Assembly (NCBI GenBank): GCA_040757035.1
Contig: JBFLYM010000002.1
Span: forward strand, 4,300-68,299
Origin: Candidatus Micrarchaeota archaeon
GTDB lineage: Archaea > Micrarchaeota > Micrarchaeia > Anstonellales > Bilamarchaeaceae
DNA: 64,000 nt
Reading direction: 5' to 3'
Position 1 is the stretch's first letter, and the number at the start of each line of letters is the position of its first letter. This document shows, piece by piece, positions 26,747 through 36,496 of the stretch. The position numbers and the translations under genes are program-made. A model generated the notes under the pieces. That model ran no database searches and had not been told where the DNA came from. It was given only the letters and a program-made list of their open reading frames with translations.

Positions 26747-28555
26747 ATGATAGAAGGAGAAATATCAGAATTACGAAAAAAAATTGCCACCATCGCAACA
26801 CTAGCTATAACTGATATAGCTAAAATCCAAGGAGAAATAAAAAGTGATATAGAAAAGTTGCCAGAGACAGATTCACAAAGAAACACATTATCTAATGCAC
26901 TTGATGAGGCAGTACGCAATCGAATTAAAACTGAACTAAATTTTGAAAAATCATTAGCATCTAATATTCTACAAAAGGTGGTAACAGAGATACGCAAGAA
27001 TTTTGAATTGAACGCTGAGCTACTTTTTATCCTTGATATCGAATTAGACGAAGGAATTAAATCTGAAATAGAAAAAATTATCCGGAGTACAGATCCACCT
27101 TTTAAAAAAGGCCTTAAACTATATACTCGGTGGAGTATATTAACAAAACTTGGAATACCTGGCGACACAACTGGATCAATTAACGAGCGTATTACCCCCG
27201 AAGCAAGCAAATTACTCACACAATTAATTGCAGAAGCAGAACCAAAAGTGACCAACGCAATAAATGAAAACTCGGTATCGAAAAATGAAGAAGTGCTTAG
27301 ATATTTTCCTCTTATTATAAAACTCAATGGAATAGTTAAAGGAGATAAAGAAAAAGAAATAAATAAAACAATATCAGAACAAATAACAAAGTTATTTGAA
27401 ATTGTACAAAAAGAAGACAATATCAATAAAACAGAAATAATTTCTCAGTTTGTTGGTTTGATTCCATCATTACATGGAAAAAAAGAACTTATGGGTATAT
27501 TTCTACATCTATATGAAAAAAAGATAGATATTACTCCGATTCCAGAAGATAGAAAAAAGTTCATTGAGACTTTTAAGACTTGGAATGTTGAAATTAAAGA
27601 TTTAGCAATATCAGGAGAAGAAAAAAACAAATTGATTATATATCTCTGTGAAAAAATAATAAAAGAGTGTGATATACAATCTAATTCAGACTTATCTTCA
27701 TATGCTAATAAAATACCAGCGATTTATAAGGTCTTGGAAGTATTGAAATCTATTACCGGAGAGGCAAGAAGTTTAACCACACAATTAATTGCAGAAGCAG
27801 AAACAAAAATAGATGAAATTGCTGCAAAAGTGTTTGATTTAATACAAAAAGATGTTGATAAAAACTCCAATATAGAAGTACAGAAAAAAATTAGACTGCT
27901 GTTTGATGTAATAGAAAATGCACAAGAATTTGTTGAAAAATACGAATCAAAAATACAAGGCCAATTAATAGATGTATATATAAATGCTATTTGTTCTCGT
28001 GTTCTGCAACAAGGATCAGTTAGCGGAAGGCTTAACGATCCGGATGCATTCCTTTTTGTAGCTATTAGAGATGTTATAGACCAATTATTACCAAATCTTT
28101 ATAAATTCTATAAATGCCACCCTGAGATAGCTTCTCCTGCAGTGTATGCAGTTGAAGAAGACATTGAAACATTATATAAATTATATGTACAATCTAAATG
28201 GGCAGAAAAAAGAGATGAGTTAAAAAATGGACAACAAGCAAGTTGTTGGGTATCAACTGAAGGATTAGAAAAGATAATTAGGGAAGAAATTGACCCTAAG
28301 ATTGCTAAACAGGATATGCAAGAGATTAAAGAATTGCTTGCCAGATGTAAATATGCAATAACGAGATATTGTTTGGATTTTGATAAACGAATGACGACAG
28401 TTGAAGCGATACAAAACGATATAATGACTAAAACTGATGCACAACCGCTTGAGCCAACAAAAGTTCGTGAATTGATTTTGAGGATTATTAATGGCCAAAA
28501 AACTTTGCAACTTAGTGTTGTAAGTCAACTAATTACGCAAAAGTTAGTAAGATAA
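26747..28555 (+). CDS. hypothetical protein, predicted helical with an internal repeat
   Basis: 602 aa rich in charged, helical residues. Repeated segment LT(Q/T)QLIAEAE(P/T)K at two positions. No catalytic motif. Confidence 0.4.
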   Translation: MIEGEISELRKKIATIATLAITDIAKIQGEIKSDIEKLPETDSQRNTLSNALDEAVRNRIKTELNFEKSLASNILQKVVTEIRKNFELNAELLFILDIELDEGIKSEIEKIIRSTDPPFKKGLKLYTRWSILTKLGIPGDTTGSINERITPEASKLLTQLIAEAEPKVTNAINENSVSKNEEVLRYFPLIIKLNGIVKGDKEKEINKTISEQITKLFEIVQKEDNINKTEIISQFVGLIPSLHGKKELMGIFLHLYEKKIDITPIPEDRKKFIETFKTWNVEIKDLAISGEEKNKLIIYLCEKIIKECDIQSNSDLSSYANKIPAIYKVLEVLKSITGEARSLTTQLIAEAETKIDEIAAKVFDLIQKDVDKNSNIEVQKKIRLLFDVIENAQEFVEKYESKIQGQLIDVYINAICSRVLQQGSVSGRLNDPDAFLFVAIRDVIDQLLPNLYKFYKCHPEIASPAVYAVEEDIETLYKLYVQSKWAEKRDELKNGQQASCWVSTEGLEKIIREEIDPKIAKQDMQEIKELLARCKYAITRYCLDFDKRMTTVEAIQNDIMTKTDAQPLEPTKVRELILRIINGQKTLQLSVVSQLITQKLVR

Positions 28556-28580
28556 AAATAAGTATGACTTGTTTTGTTAT

Positions 28581-30335
28581 CTATATATTAAACGACGAAA
28601 CAAGCCTTTCAATTTGAAGCAATATCTCTTTTTCTTCTTGGCTCAACAGTTCAATTTTCTTTTTCCATTTTTCCAATTCGTTCTTTGTCATATATGTAAT
28701 AAGTATATCCTCCTGAAATACATCATTATTTAATGTTACTTCATCTATTGAGATAGCTGTTTGGAGACCTTTTTCAGCGATATTTAGTGCTTCTTTTTCC
28801 CTTTGTATTGTCTTTATTTCTCCTAAAACAACCCCGTTTTTATTCATGATTTTGAAGTGTGGTTTAAGTCTTCCGGCTAAAACTTCTATCCCAAAGATAG
28901 CAGGTTTGCTCATGCGAAAGAAACAATTTGGCAGTACTTTTATCGCGCATGGCCACGGCATCTTTTCAAAAACTTCTTTTTTCTCTTTTTCTTTTTCTTC
29001 TGACTTCCATTCATTGTAATTATCAACAAGTTTGTAAATTATATTGCTGTATATTATCGGAATATTTGTTTCTCTGCACGCAGTTCTCGCATCTGGCAAA
29101 ATCTGTACATTAAATGCAAATACTATACCGGTATATTTATCCTGCGCACCGACATTCGCGGCTATGAAAACATCGTTTTTTGTTACCGCACCCACATTCG
29201 CTGTTTTTATTGGAATTTTTTCATCTGTAAGTATTTTGAGTATCGCTTCTATGCTTCCCAAACTATCCGCTTTTATTATTGCGCCTAATCCAGAATTTTC
29301 AAAAATAAGTTTGCTTACCTGTGCTTCTATTTCTTTTTTGTTTTTTTCATAATCCTTATGGTCTTTGATTGCGACAAATGGGGAACCGCTTAGCGCATCT
29401 TCTAAATTTGGTGCCAAAATTTTAATCCCGGCTGCAGCAGCGATTTGTTTCACGCGCATAAACTTTTCTTTCGCACCATCTAAACTAGGTTCAAGCAACG
29501 CACGGATTTTTGTTTTTTTCACACCATGCTTGCCGAGAAAAAGAATTTCTTCGCCTTCGCTTAGTATTCCATCATAAATAATTATGTTTATTGTTGGTCC
29601 AAGCCCGCGTTCATCCTTTACTTCTATTATACTACCCTTTGCGCCTTTATCTGAATGAAAATGAAGCTCATTTTCTAAAAATTTTTGACTTAGTCCTGCG
29701 ATCAAAAGAAGAATTTCCGCGATGCCTTCATGCGTTTTAGCGCTTAGAGGTACTATTCCAAGCTGCTTGGTAAAGTCCGCTACCCTGTCAAAACGCTCTG
29801 AATCAAAATTATATTCAGAAAGCGCGCCAATCAATTCATATATTTTGTTATTTAAGTTGCTCTTCACATGTTCGGATTGTTTCGCAAATGATTCTAAAAA
29901 AGAATTTGTATTTTGCGTTTTCCATCCGGTGATCAAATCAATTTTATTCGCTGCGATTAAAAAAGGGGTTTTCGCATTCTTTAATATTTTCAGGCTTTCT
30001 ATTGTTTGCGGTTGAAACCCCTGCGCAATATCTACAACCAGCACCGCCATGTCGGCAATGCTTCCTCCGCGTTCCCGCAAATTAACGAATGCCGCATGGC
30101 CAGGAGTATCTATAAAAAGAATTCCTGGTATATGCAAATGCATCGTCATTTTTTTTGCAATTGATTTTGAAATTTCATCTATATTCTCTTTTCGGATGTA
30201 ACTTGCGCCGATCATTTGCGTAATGCCACCGGCTTCTTTCTTGGCAATACACGTGCCTCGCACAGCGTCAAGTAGCGAGGTTTTTCCATGATCAACATGA
30301 CCTAATACAGCGATTATTGGAGAACGAATACGCAT
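28581..30335 (-). CDS. infB: translation initiation factor IF-2 (aIF5B)
   Basis: GHVDHGKTSLLD (G1), DTPGH (G3) and NKID (G4) with aIF5B domain order. Probable start MRIRSP at 30335 (ORF opens at 30347). Confidence 0.9.
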   Translation of the reverse strand: MRIRSPIIAVLGHVDHGKTSLLDAVRGTCIAKKEAGGITQMIGASYIRKENIDEISKSIAKKMTMHLHIPGILFIDTPGHAAFVNLRERGGSIADMAVLVVDIAQGFQPQTIESLKILKNAKTPFLIAANKIDLITGWKTQNTNSFLESFAKQSEHVKSNLNNKIYELIGALSEYNFDSERFDRVADFTKQLGIVPLSAKTHEGIAEILLLIAGLSQKFLENELHFHSDKGAKGSIIEVKDERGLGPTINIIIYDGILSEGEEILFLGKHGVKKTKIRALLEPSLDGAKEKFMRVKQIAAAAGIKILAPNLEDALSGSPFVAIKDHKDYEKNKKEIEAQVSKLIFENSGLGAIIKADSLGSIEAILKILTDEKIPIKTANVGAVTKNDVFIAANVGAQDKYTGIVFAFNVQILPDARTACRETNIPIIYSNIIYKLVDNYNEWKSEEKEKEKKEVFEKMPWPCAIKVLPNCFFRMSKPAIFGIEVLAGRLKPHFKIMNKNGVVLGEIKTIQREKEALNIAEKGLQTAISIDEVTLNNDVFQEDILITYMTKNELEKWKKKIELLSQEEKEILLQIERLVSSFNI

Positions 30336-30452
30336 AAGGAACACCATGTTTATTATTTATATACAATCCATACAATTCGCGTTTTTTAGCGGATCGGTGT
30401 ATATAAAGGATCGGTATATATAAATAAAGAAAGATATTATAAAAGGAAATCT

Positions 30453-31460
30453 ATGAAAATTATGAGAACCACAAAAATTACCATTTCAAAGGACGCGCGT
30501 ACTCGTTGGGAAGCGAGTTACAGCATAATTGGAAATCATTCGGGAATCCAGATTTGTACATGGACAAAAAAAGCGTTGCGTGGAAAAGGAGTGTGCTACA
30601 AACAAAAATTTTATGGAATTGATACGCACAGATGCGCGCAAATTTCTCCAGCACTCGCATGGTGCAACGAAAATTGTATTTTTTGCTGGCGTCCGAACGA
30701 GTGGATGGAAAATATTAAAATGAAGCGCAATGAAGTGGACGAGCCTGCTGAAATAATCTCTGGCGTTTTGGAAAAAAGAAAAATCCTGATTTCCGGCCTA
30801 AAAGGCGCGCACGATGCGCAGAAAGAAAAATGGGAGGAAAGTTTCAAGTTTTTTCCATCGCATTGGGCAATATCTCTTTCCGGTGAACCAACTCTTTATC
30901 CAAAATTGGCAGAGCTAATAAAAGAACTAAGAAATCATAAAGAAGTGAAGAGTATTTTTTTGGTTTCGAATGGTCAGCTTCCGAGCGCAATTTTGAGATT
31001 GGTCAAAAAAGATGCACTTCCAACCCAGCTTTATATAAGTGTGAATGCCTGCAACAAAAAGATGTTTGAAAAAATAAATAGACCAAAATATTGCGATGGT
31101 TGGAAACGATTGAATAGAACAATTTCTCTGCTTCCTAAATTAAATTGCAACACTGTAATCAGGTTCACTATTATAAAAGGACAGAACGATTCTGAAAAAC
31201 ATTTAAAAAAATTTGCCAGAATATTTGAAAAATCCAGGGCAGATTTCATAGAAATAAAAGGATATATGTTTTTGGGTGATTCGCGCAAACGCTTGGTTTT
31301 TGAAAACATGCCAACGCATGAACATGTAAAAGAATATTCTCAGCGCATTATAAAAATGCTTCCGAACTATTTCATCAAAGATGAGGATTTTTCTTCTCGC
31401 ATAGTTCTGCTGAAAAGAAATAAGATAAATAAGATGATGTCTTTAGGCTGCGTTTCATAA
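30453..31460 (+). CDS. taw1: tRNA 4-demethylwyosine synthase (radical SAM TYW1/Taw1)
   Basis: CNENCIFCW radical-SAM cluster motif and the conserved N-terminal Cys region (ICTWTKKALRGKGVCYK). Confidence 0.7.
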   Translation: MKIMRTTKITISKDARTRWEASYSIIGNHSGIQICTWTKKALRGKGVCYKQKFYGIDTHRCAQISPALAWCNENCIFCWRPNEWMENIKMKRNEVDEPAEIISGVLEKRKILISGLKGAHDAQKEKWEESFKFFPSHWAISLSGEPTLYPKLAELIKELRNHKEVKSIFLVSNGQLPSAILRLVKKDALPTQLYISVNACNKKMFEKINRPKYCDGWKRLNRTISLLPKLNCNTVIRFTIIKGQNDSEKHLKKFARIFEKSRADFIEIKGYMFLGDSRKRLVFENMPTHEHVKEYSQRIIKMLPNYFIKDEDFSSRIVLLKRNKINKMMSLGCVS

Positions 31461-31488
31461 GTATATTAAGAGGAAAGTTAAAAACCTA

Positions 31489-32196
31489 ATGGTAGATATA
31501 TTTAGCATGAAAAAACAAATAATTTGCGATTCAAGTGCGTTAATTTCGCTTACAGGTTCCTGCCTTGTTGAATCGCTTTCTTTTCTTGCAAAAAAATTCG
31601 ACCTCTCTTTCATAATTACGGATACAATAGAATATGAATCAATAATTCATCCGCTTAATCTTGCGACAAAAGAATATGCGTTCTCAGCACTGAAAATAAA
31701 AAATGCAATTCAAAACGGCGCGCTCATAAAAATGACATCTGATGCGTACGTAATGCAAAAAAGAGACGAAATTCTTTCTCTTTCAAATAATATTTTTTTC
31801 GCGCGTGGGCGTCCGATAAATCTTGTACATGCAGGCGAAGCCGAAATGCTCGCGCTCGCGGATAAACTAAAAACAAACTATCTATTTATGGACGAGCGCA
31901 CTCTCAGAGTGCTTATAGAGGCTCCGTTCAAAATAAAGGAGCATTTTGAAGAAGAATTTAATACCAGCGTTATGATAAACAAAGATAATCTGGAAAAATT
32001 AGGCGTAATAGCAAAAGGACTAAATATTTTTAGAAGCGCAGAACTGATTTCGTTTGCTTATCTTAACGGCTTTTTTGACCAGTATAATGAGCTTAAGAAA
32101 GATATATATTCCGCTGCGCTTTACCATCTCAAATATTCTGGCTGCGGTATTCGCTACGACGAAATCGCAGAATTAACTACGGCTTTGATTTCATGA
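31489..32196 (+). CDS. PIN-domain-like protein (hypothetical nuclease)
   Basis: QIICDSSALISL (N-terminal Asp), ITDTIEYE, HAGEAEMLALA and LFMDERTL fit the PIN-fold acidic residue pattern. Extra ~85-aa C-terminal region. Confidence 0.35.
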   Translation: MVDIFSMKKQIICDSSALISLTGSCLVESLSFLAKKFDLSFIITDTIEYESIIHPLNLATKEYAFSALKIKNAIQNGALIKMTSDAYVMQKRDEILSLSNNIFFARGRPINLVHAGEAEMLALADKLKTNYLFMDERTLRVLIEAPFKIKEHFEEEFNTSVMINKDNLEKLGVIAKGLNIFRSAELISFAYLNGFFDQYNELKKDIYSAALYHLKYSGCGIRYDEIAELTTALIS

Positions 32197-33782
32197 AACA
32201 AGCATACGATACACTGAATAATGCGTGGAAATCCACTTGCAAAGTTCTGTTTGGAGAAGAGATTGGTGAATTAAAGGAATACGAAGAATGGTTAAAGGAA
32301 TATATGCCGATAATCGGTAGAAGAAAATCATGTATTTCTGGAAAAGAGGTTATTTTTGCTGTTGATAAGTATCATGGAACCAAAAATTTTGTTTCGTTAG
32401 ATGAAATTAATGAAAATAAGGAAAAGTCAATTGATCCGTTGACAATCAATGAAATAAAGGATATTGATTCAATCATTACTGCACTTTCTGAGAAATGGGA
32501 ATATTGCGGAAATAAAATTCTTGGAAATTCAATAGCTGTTGAACAATCGGATACCGTTAAGGATTCGCAATATATACTTGAATCCGCAGCCATTGAAAAA
32601 TCAGTCTATATTTATTCTTCTTTTCAGTGTACAAACTGCAAATATGTTTTCGGAGGAATAAGAGTAGCTGATGGCGAATTTATAATAGGAGGATTAAGGG
32701 GATTTGGAAAACGCTCTTTTAATTACTATTGGTCGCAAGATAATAGTGATCAATATGTTTGTTCCAATTGCCAAAATTGTAACAATATTATTTTTTGCTT
32801 TAACCAAATAAACAAAAATTACCGTATAGGAAATCTACAATTGGATAAAGAAAAATATTTTTCACTCAAAAGCAAATTAGTGAGTGAAATCAGAGATGAG
32901 TTGAAAAAGAACAAGAGGTTTCCTTCAATTTTCGAACTTGTTCCTGATGAAAAACCTAATGAAAATGCTATTAAAATAATAGAAAGTGTACCTACAAAGA
33001 AAGAAGGCGATATGAAATTGATAGAAGATGCTTTTAAGTCCACATTTAAAGTAATTTTCAGAAAGGATATAGAAGGAATAACTCCATATGAGGAATGGTT
33101 TTATCAAACCATACCAAAACAAAAAGAAATTGTTACAATTATAGGGTCTAAGGTATATAGTTTAGATCCTAAATTTTACAAAATTTATTCAAAAGTACCG
33201 AAAAAAAGAATGTTAAAGTTTGAAGAGACTATGATGTTAGATAATTTACATCTAAATGAAACTGAGATTACTTCTATCAAAAACATAATAACAAGATTGT
33301 CAGAAATAGCCTATATTACTGATGAGTTTTTTGGCGGAAAAATTCATAATCTTATTCAATGTAGATGTGGGTTAAACCTTTTTCATGCGTACAAAAGCAA
33401 TGGACAACGTGCAGAATACTTAGGATTAAACGATTTTCCTTTTGATTCCAAATACATCTTTGGTTCTGAAAGGGTGAGTAATTCGCAGTTTTGTATAAAA
33501 TGTTATTATATCCTTGATTGCGTGCGATGCTTTGAACTGGATTCGTGCGAGAAATGTTCGGACTCGTATTTTTGTCACAATTGTGAGGGTTTATCCAGCG
33601 CAATGTTCTGCTTTAATGTGAAAGCAAAAAGGTCAGCAATTGGCAATCTGGAAATGCAATTGGATCAATATAAAAAAATAAGAGATTCTTTAGTTGAACA
33701 AATGGCAAATGATATTCTAGGAAAAAAGGAATTGAAATATAATATTTTCAATATCATAAGCAGAATTAACAATTCGACTTGA
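32193..33782 (+). CDS. hypothetical Cys-rich protein made of two homologous ~260-aa halves
   Basis: Residues ~1-265 and ~275-529 are parallel: NAWKSTCKVLFGEEIGELKEYEEWL vs DAFKSTFKVIFRKDIEGITPYEEWF, plus CxxC-rich blocks (FCIKCYYILDCVRCFELDSCEKCSDSYFCHNCEG...FCFN). Start overlaps the stop of 31489 (ATGA). Confidence 0.5.
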   Translation: MKQAYDTLNNAWKSTCKVLFGEEIGELKEYEEWLKEYMPIIGRRKSCISGKEVIFAVDKYHGTKNFVSLDEINENKEKSIDPLTINEIKDIDSIITALSEKWEYCGNKILGNSIAVEQSDTVKDSQYILESAAIEKSVYIYSSFQCTNCKYVFGGIRVADGEFIIGGLRGFGKRSFNYYWSQDNSDQYVCSNCQNCNNIIFCFNQINKNYRIGNLQLDKEKYFSLKSKLVSEIRDELKKNKRFPSIFELVPDEKPNENAIKIIESVPTKKEGDMKLIEDAFKSTFKVIFRKDIEGITPYEEWFYQTIPKQKEIVTIIGSKVYSLDPKFYKIYSKVPKKRMLKFEETMMLDNLHLNETEITSIKNIITRLSEIAYITDEFFGGKIHNLIQCRCGLNLFHAYKSNGQRAEYLGLNDFPFDSKYIFGSERVSNSQFCIKCYYILDCVRCFELDSCEKCSDSYFCHNCEGLSSAMFCFNVKAKRSAIGNLEMQLDQYKKIRDSLVEQMANDILGKKELKYNIFNIISRINNST

Positions 33783-33788
33783 TCTAAT

Positions 33789-35213
33789 TTGCAAACGATC
33801 GGAAAAATTTGGTTGGTTGAGTATATGCCTGGAAAAATATTTGCAGTTGTTGGCAATCCAATACTCCATAGTAAAAGTCCAGAGATGTTCAATGCAGCAT
33901 TTAAGAAATTAAAGATAAACGCTATCTATATAAGAATTGCCGCATTTGATGCAGAAGAAGTGATGCGCACCGCAGATGATATTGGGCTATGTGGTTTAAA
34001 CATTACTTCGCCATTTAAGGAAGAATTAAAGAAAAAAATGCGCGTTTCGAATTCGTTAAACACACTCATAAATACAATCATTATAGATAAAAACGCAAGA
34101 GAAATCGATGCAATAAACTGTATAATTTGCAAAAATGATCCAAAATCAAAGTGTCCGAAGAAACAATTACTGGTTGGTTATAATACCGATGTTGCTGGCG
34201 TTATTGGTGCGCTCAAACATAATTCTTGCGATTTTGTTGGTAAAAAAATCATAGTGCTCGGTGCTGGAGGTGCGGCAAAGGCAGCGATATACGCACTTGT
34301 TTCTAAAAAAGCGGATGTAGTGGTGGTAAACCGCACATTCAAAAAGGCAAAAAAACTTGCGCAGCGATTTGGTTGCAGAGTCTCAAAATTTGATGAAATT
34401 GCGCAAGAACTCGAACATGCGAACATTCTAATCTCATGCGTTCCTACTGGCGAACGAATAATTCCAAAATCAGCGCTACGCAAAACGCTTAGTGTATTAG
34501 ATGCAAATTACTCAATAGATACAGCACTCAAAAAAGATGCAAAGAGCAATAATTGTAAAATAATTGATGGAAGAGAATGGTTACTTTTTCAGGCAATTCC
34601 GTGTTTTAAATATTTTATTGGTAAAAAAGCACCAGTCGCAGCGATGCGCAAAGTGCTTTACTCAAAAAAGAAAAGAAAAAAAAATATCGCTCTTATTGGT
34701 TTTATGGGTAGCGGAAAAACAGCGGTTGCTAAAGAACTCGCAACACTTAACGGAATGAAATCCGTAGATATAGACGCTAACATAGAAAAAAACATGAATA
34801 TGAAAATAGCGCAAATTTTTGAAGATATGGGAGAACGCGAATTTAGAAAAATAGAAAACGCGGAATTAAAAAAGGCGCTTGAATCCGAAAACGCAATAAT
34901 TTCCTGCGGAGGCGGGTTAGTGTTAGATCCGCGCAATGTAGACATGCTAAAAAGAGATTGCACTGTTTTTTGGTTATGGGCAGATATAACAACCATAATG
35001 GAAAGAATAAGTAAAGATGATTCAAGACCATTGATCAGAACTAAAAACAAAGGCGATCTCAAAACCAAAATCGAAATCGCCAAAAAAATATTAGAGCAGC
35101 GGTTATTTGTTTACGCAAACGCTTGCGATGCTCTAATAAATACAGTTGGAAAAAAACCAAAAGAAATTGCCGCAAGGATAGATTATGAAATTAACGAAAT
35201 TAATAAAGCCTAG
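33789..35213 (+). CDS. aroE: bifunctional shikimate dehydrogenase / P-loop shikimate kinase (AroE-AroK fusion)
   Basis: N-terminal AVVGNPILHSKSP with a Rossmann GAGGAAKA (AroE). C-terminal IALIGFMGSGKTAVAKELA...ISCGGG (bacterial-type shikimate kinase I). Probable start MPGKIF at 33825. Confidence 0.8.
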   Translation: MQTIGKIWLVEYMPGKIFAVVGNPILHSKSPEMFNAAFKKLKINAIYIRIAAFDAEEVMRTADDIGLCGLNITSPFKEELKKKMRVSNSLNTLINTIIIDKNAREIDAINCIICKNDPKSKCPKKQLLVGYNTDVAGVIGALKHNSCDFVGKKIIVLGAGGAAKAAIYALVSKKADVVVVNRTFKKAKKLAQRFGCRVSKFDEIAQELEHANILISCVPTGERIIPKSALRKTLSVLDANYSIDTALKKDAKSNNCKIIDGREWLLFQAIPCFKYFIGKKAPVAAMRKVLYSKKKRKKNIALIGFMGSGKTAVAKELATLNGMKSVDIDANIEKNMNMKIAQIFEDMGEREFRKIENAELKKALESENAIISCGGGLVLDPRNVDMLKRDCTVFWLWADITTIMERISKDDSRPLIRTKNKGDLKTKIEIAKKILEQRLFVYANACDALINTVGKKPKEIAARIDYEINEINKA

Positions 35214-36480
35214 TGAAGTAAATGGAGTGATAAATGCGCCTCCTTCAAAAAGCATTATGGGTAGAATTACTGCGGCCGCGCTACTATCAGATGGCATAAC
35301 AAAAATCCGTAATGCATCATTGTGCGATGATGGATTAACGGCATTAGATATTATAGAAACGCTCGGCGCGCACGTTACGCGTGTCGCGCACATCAAAGTC
35401 GATGCAAAAAAATTTGTGAATGAAGTCATAGTCAAAAGTAAAGGTATATTCAAAACAGTTCCGAAAAGTGATGTTATTAATTGTAAAGAATCTGGACTAT
35501 GCATGCGAATGTTTGCGCCTATACTTTCACTTTTGAAAAGACAATTTACGCTTAATGCAACCGACTCGCTGCAAAAAAGACCGATGAAAATGCTGGAAGC
35601 ACTTGCACAATTAGGCGCGCATTGCAAAACTTCAGCAGCCGGTTATTCTCCGATCAAATTAAAAGGAGCAATAAAGGGAGGAAAAATTAAAATTGATGGT
35701 TCGGATAGCTCGCAATTTCTTACAGGTTTGCTTATGGCCCTGCCATTATGCAAAAAGAATTCAATAATTGAGGTTTTGAATCTGAAAAGCAAGCCGTATG
35801 TCCAAATGACGATTTCGCTCCTTGCGCGTCTTGGAATAAAAATAGATAGCTGCGGTAATTTCCAAAAATTTAAAATTAGCGGACATCAAAAATATAAAAC
35901 AAACATAAATTATTCTGTTGAAGGTGATTGGTCTGGCGCTTCATTTATGCTTGTTGCAGGTGCGATTGCAGGGAAAGTTAGAATCAACTGGCTTAGTATA
36001 AATTCGTTTCAGGCCGATAAAGAAATAATCTCTGCACTAAAACGCGCTGGCGCAAAAATAAAAATCCAAAAGAACAATATTATTGTTGAGAAAGATAGAC
36101 TGAATGCGTTTGAATTTGATGCGAATGATTGTCCAGATCTTTTTCCGCCATTGACAGTGCTTGCAATAAATTGCAGTGGGATATCTGTAATCAAAGGTGT
36201 AAAAAGATTAAAATATAAAGAAAGCGACCGCGCGACCGCGCTTGCACAAGAATTTGGAAAAATAGGCGCAAAAATAAAAATCGTAGGAAATAACATGAAG
36301 ATCATTGGAACAAAACTCAGGGGAGGAAAAATAGACTCACACAATGATCACAGAATTGCGATGGCTGGTGCGATTGCGGCGTTAAACTCAGAAAAAGGTA
36401 TTTATTTATTAAATCCGAAATGTGTTTCCAAATCATATCCAGAATTTTTTGATGATCTTGAAAGGTTGAAAGAAAGATAA
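35185..36480 (+). CDS. aroA: 3-phosphoshikimate 1-carboxyvinyltransferase (EPSP synthase)
   Basis: PPSKSIMGR motif, GSDSSQF-type region and length. Confidence 0.85.
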   Translation: MKLTKLIKPSEVNGVINAPPSKSIMGRITAAALLSDGITKIRNASLCDDGLTALDIIETLGAHVTRVAHIKVDAKKFVNEVIVKSKGIFKTVPKSDVINCKESGLCMRMFAPILSLLKRQFTLNATDSLQKRPMKMLEALAQLGAHCKTSAAGYSPIKLKGAIKGGKIKIDGSDSSQFLTGLLMALPLCKKNSIIEVLNLKSKPYVQMTISLLARLGIKIDSCGNFQKFKISGHQKYKTNINYSVEGDWSGASFMLVAGAIAGKVRINWLSINSFQADKEIISALKRAGAKIKIQKNNIIVEKDRLNAFEFDANDCPDLFPPLTVLAINCSGISVIKGVKRLKYKESDRATALAQEFGKIGAKIKIVGNNMKIIGTKLRGGKIDSHNDHRIAMAGAIAALNSEKGIYLLNPKCVSKSYPEFFDDLERLKER

Positions 36481-36496
36481 AGGAAAGGTTAAAAAA

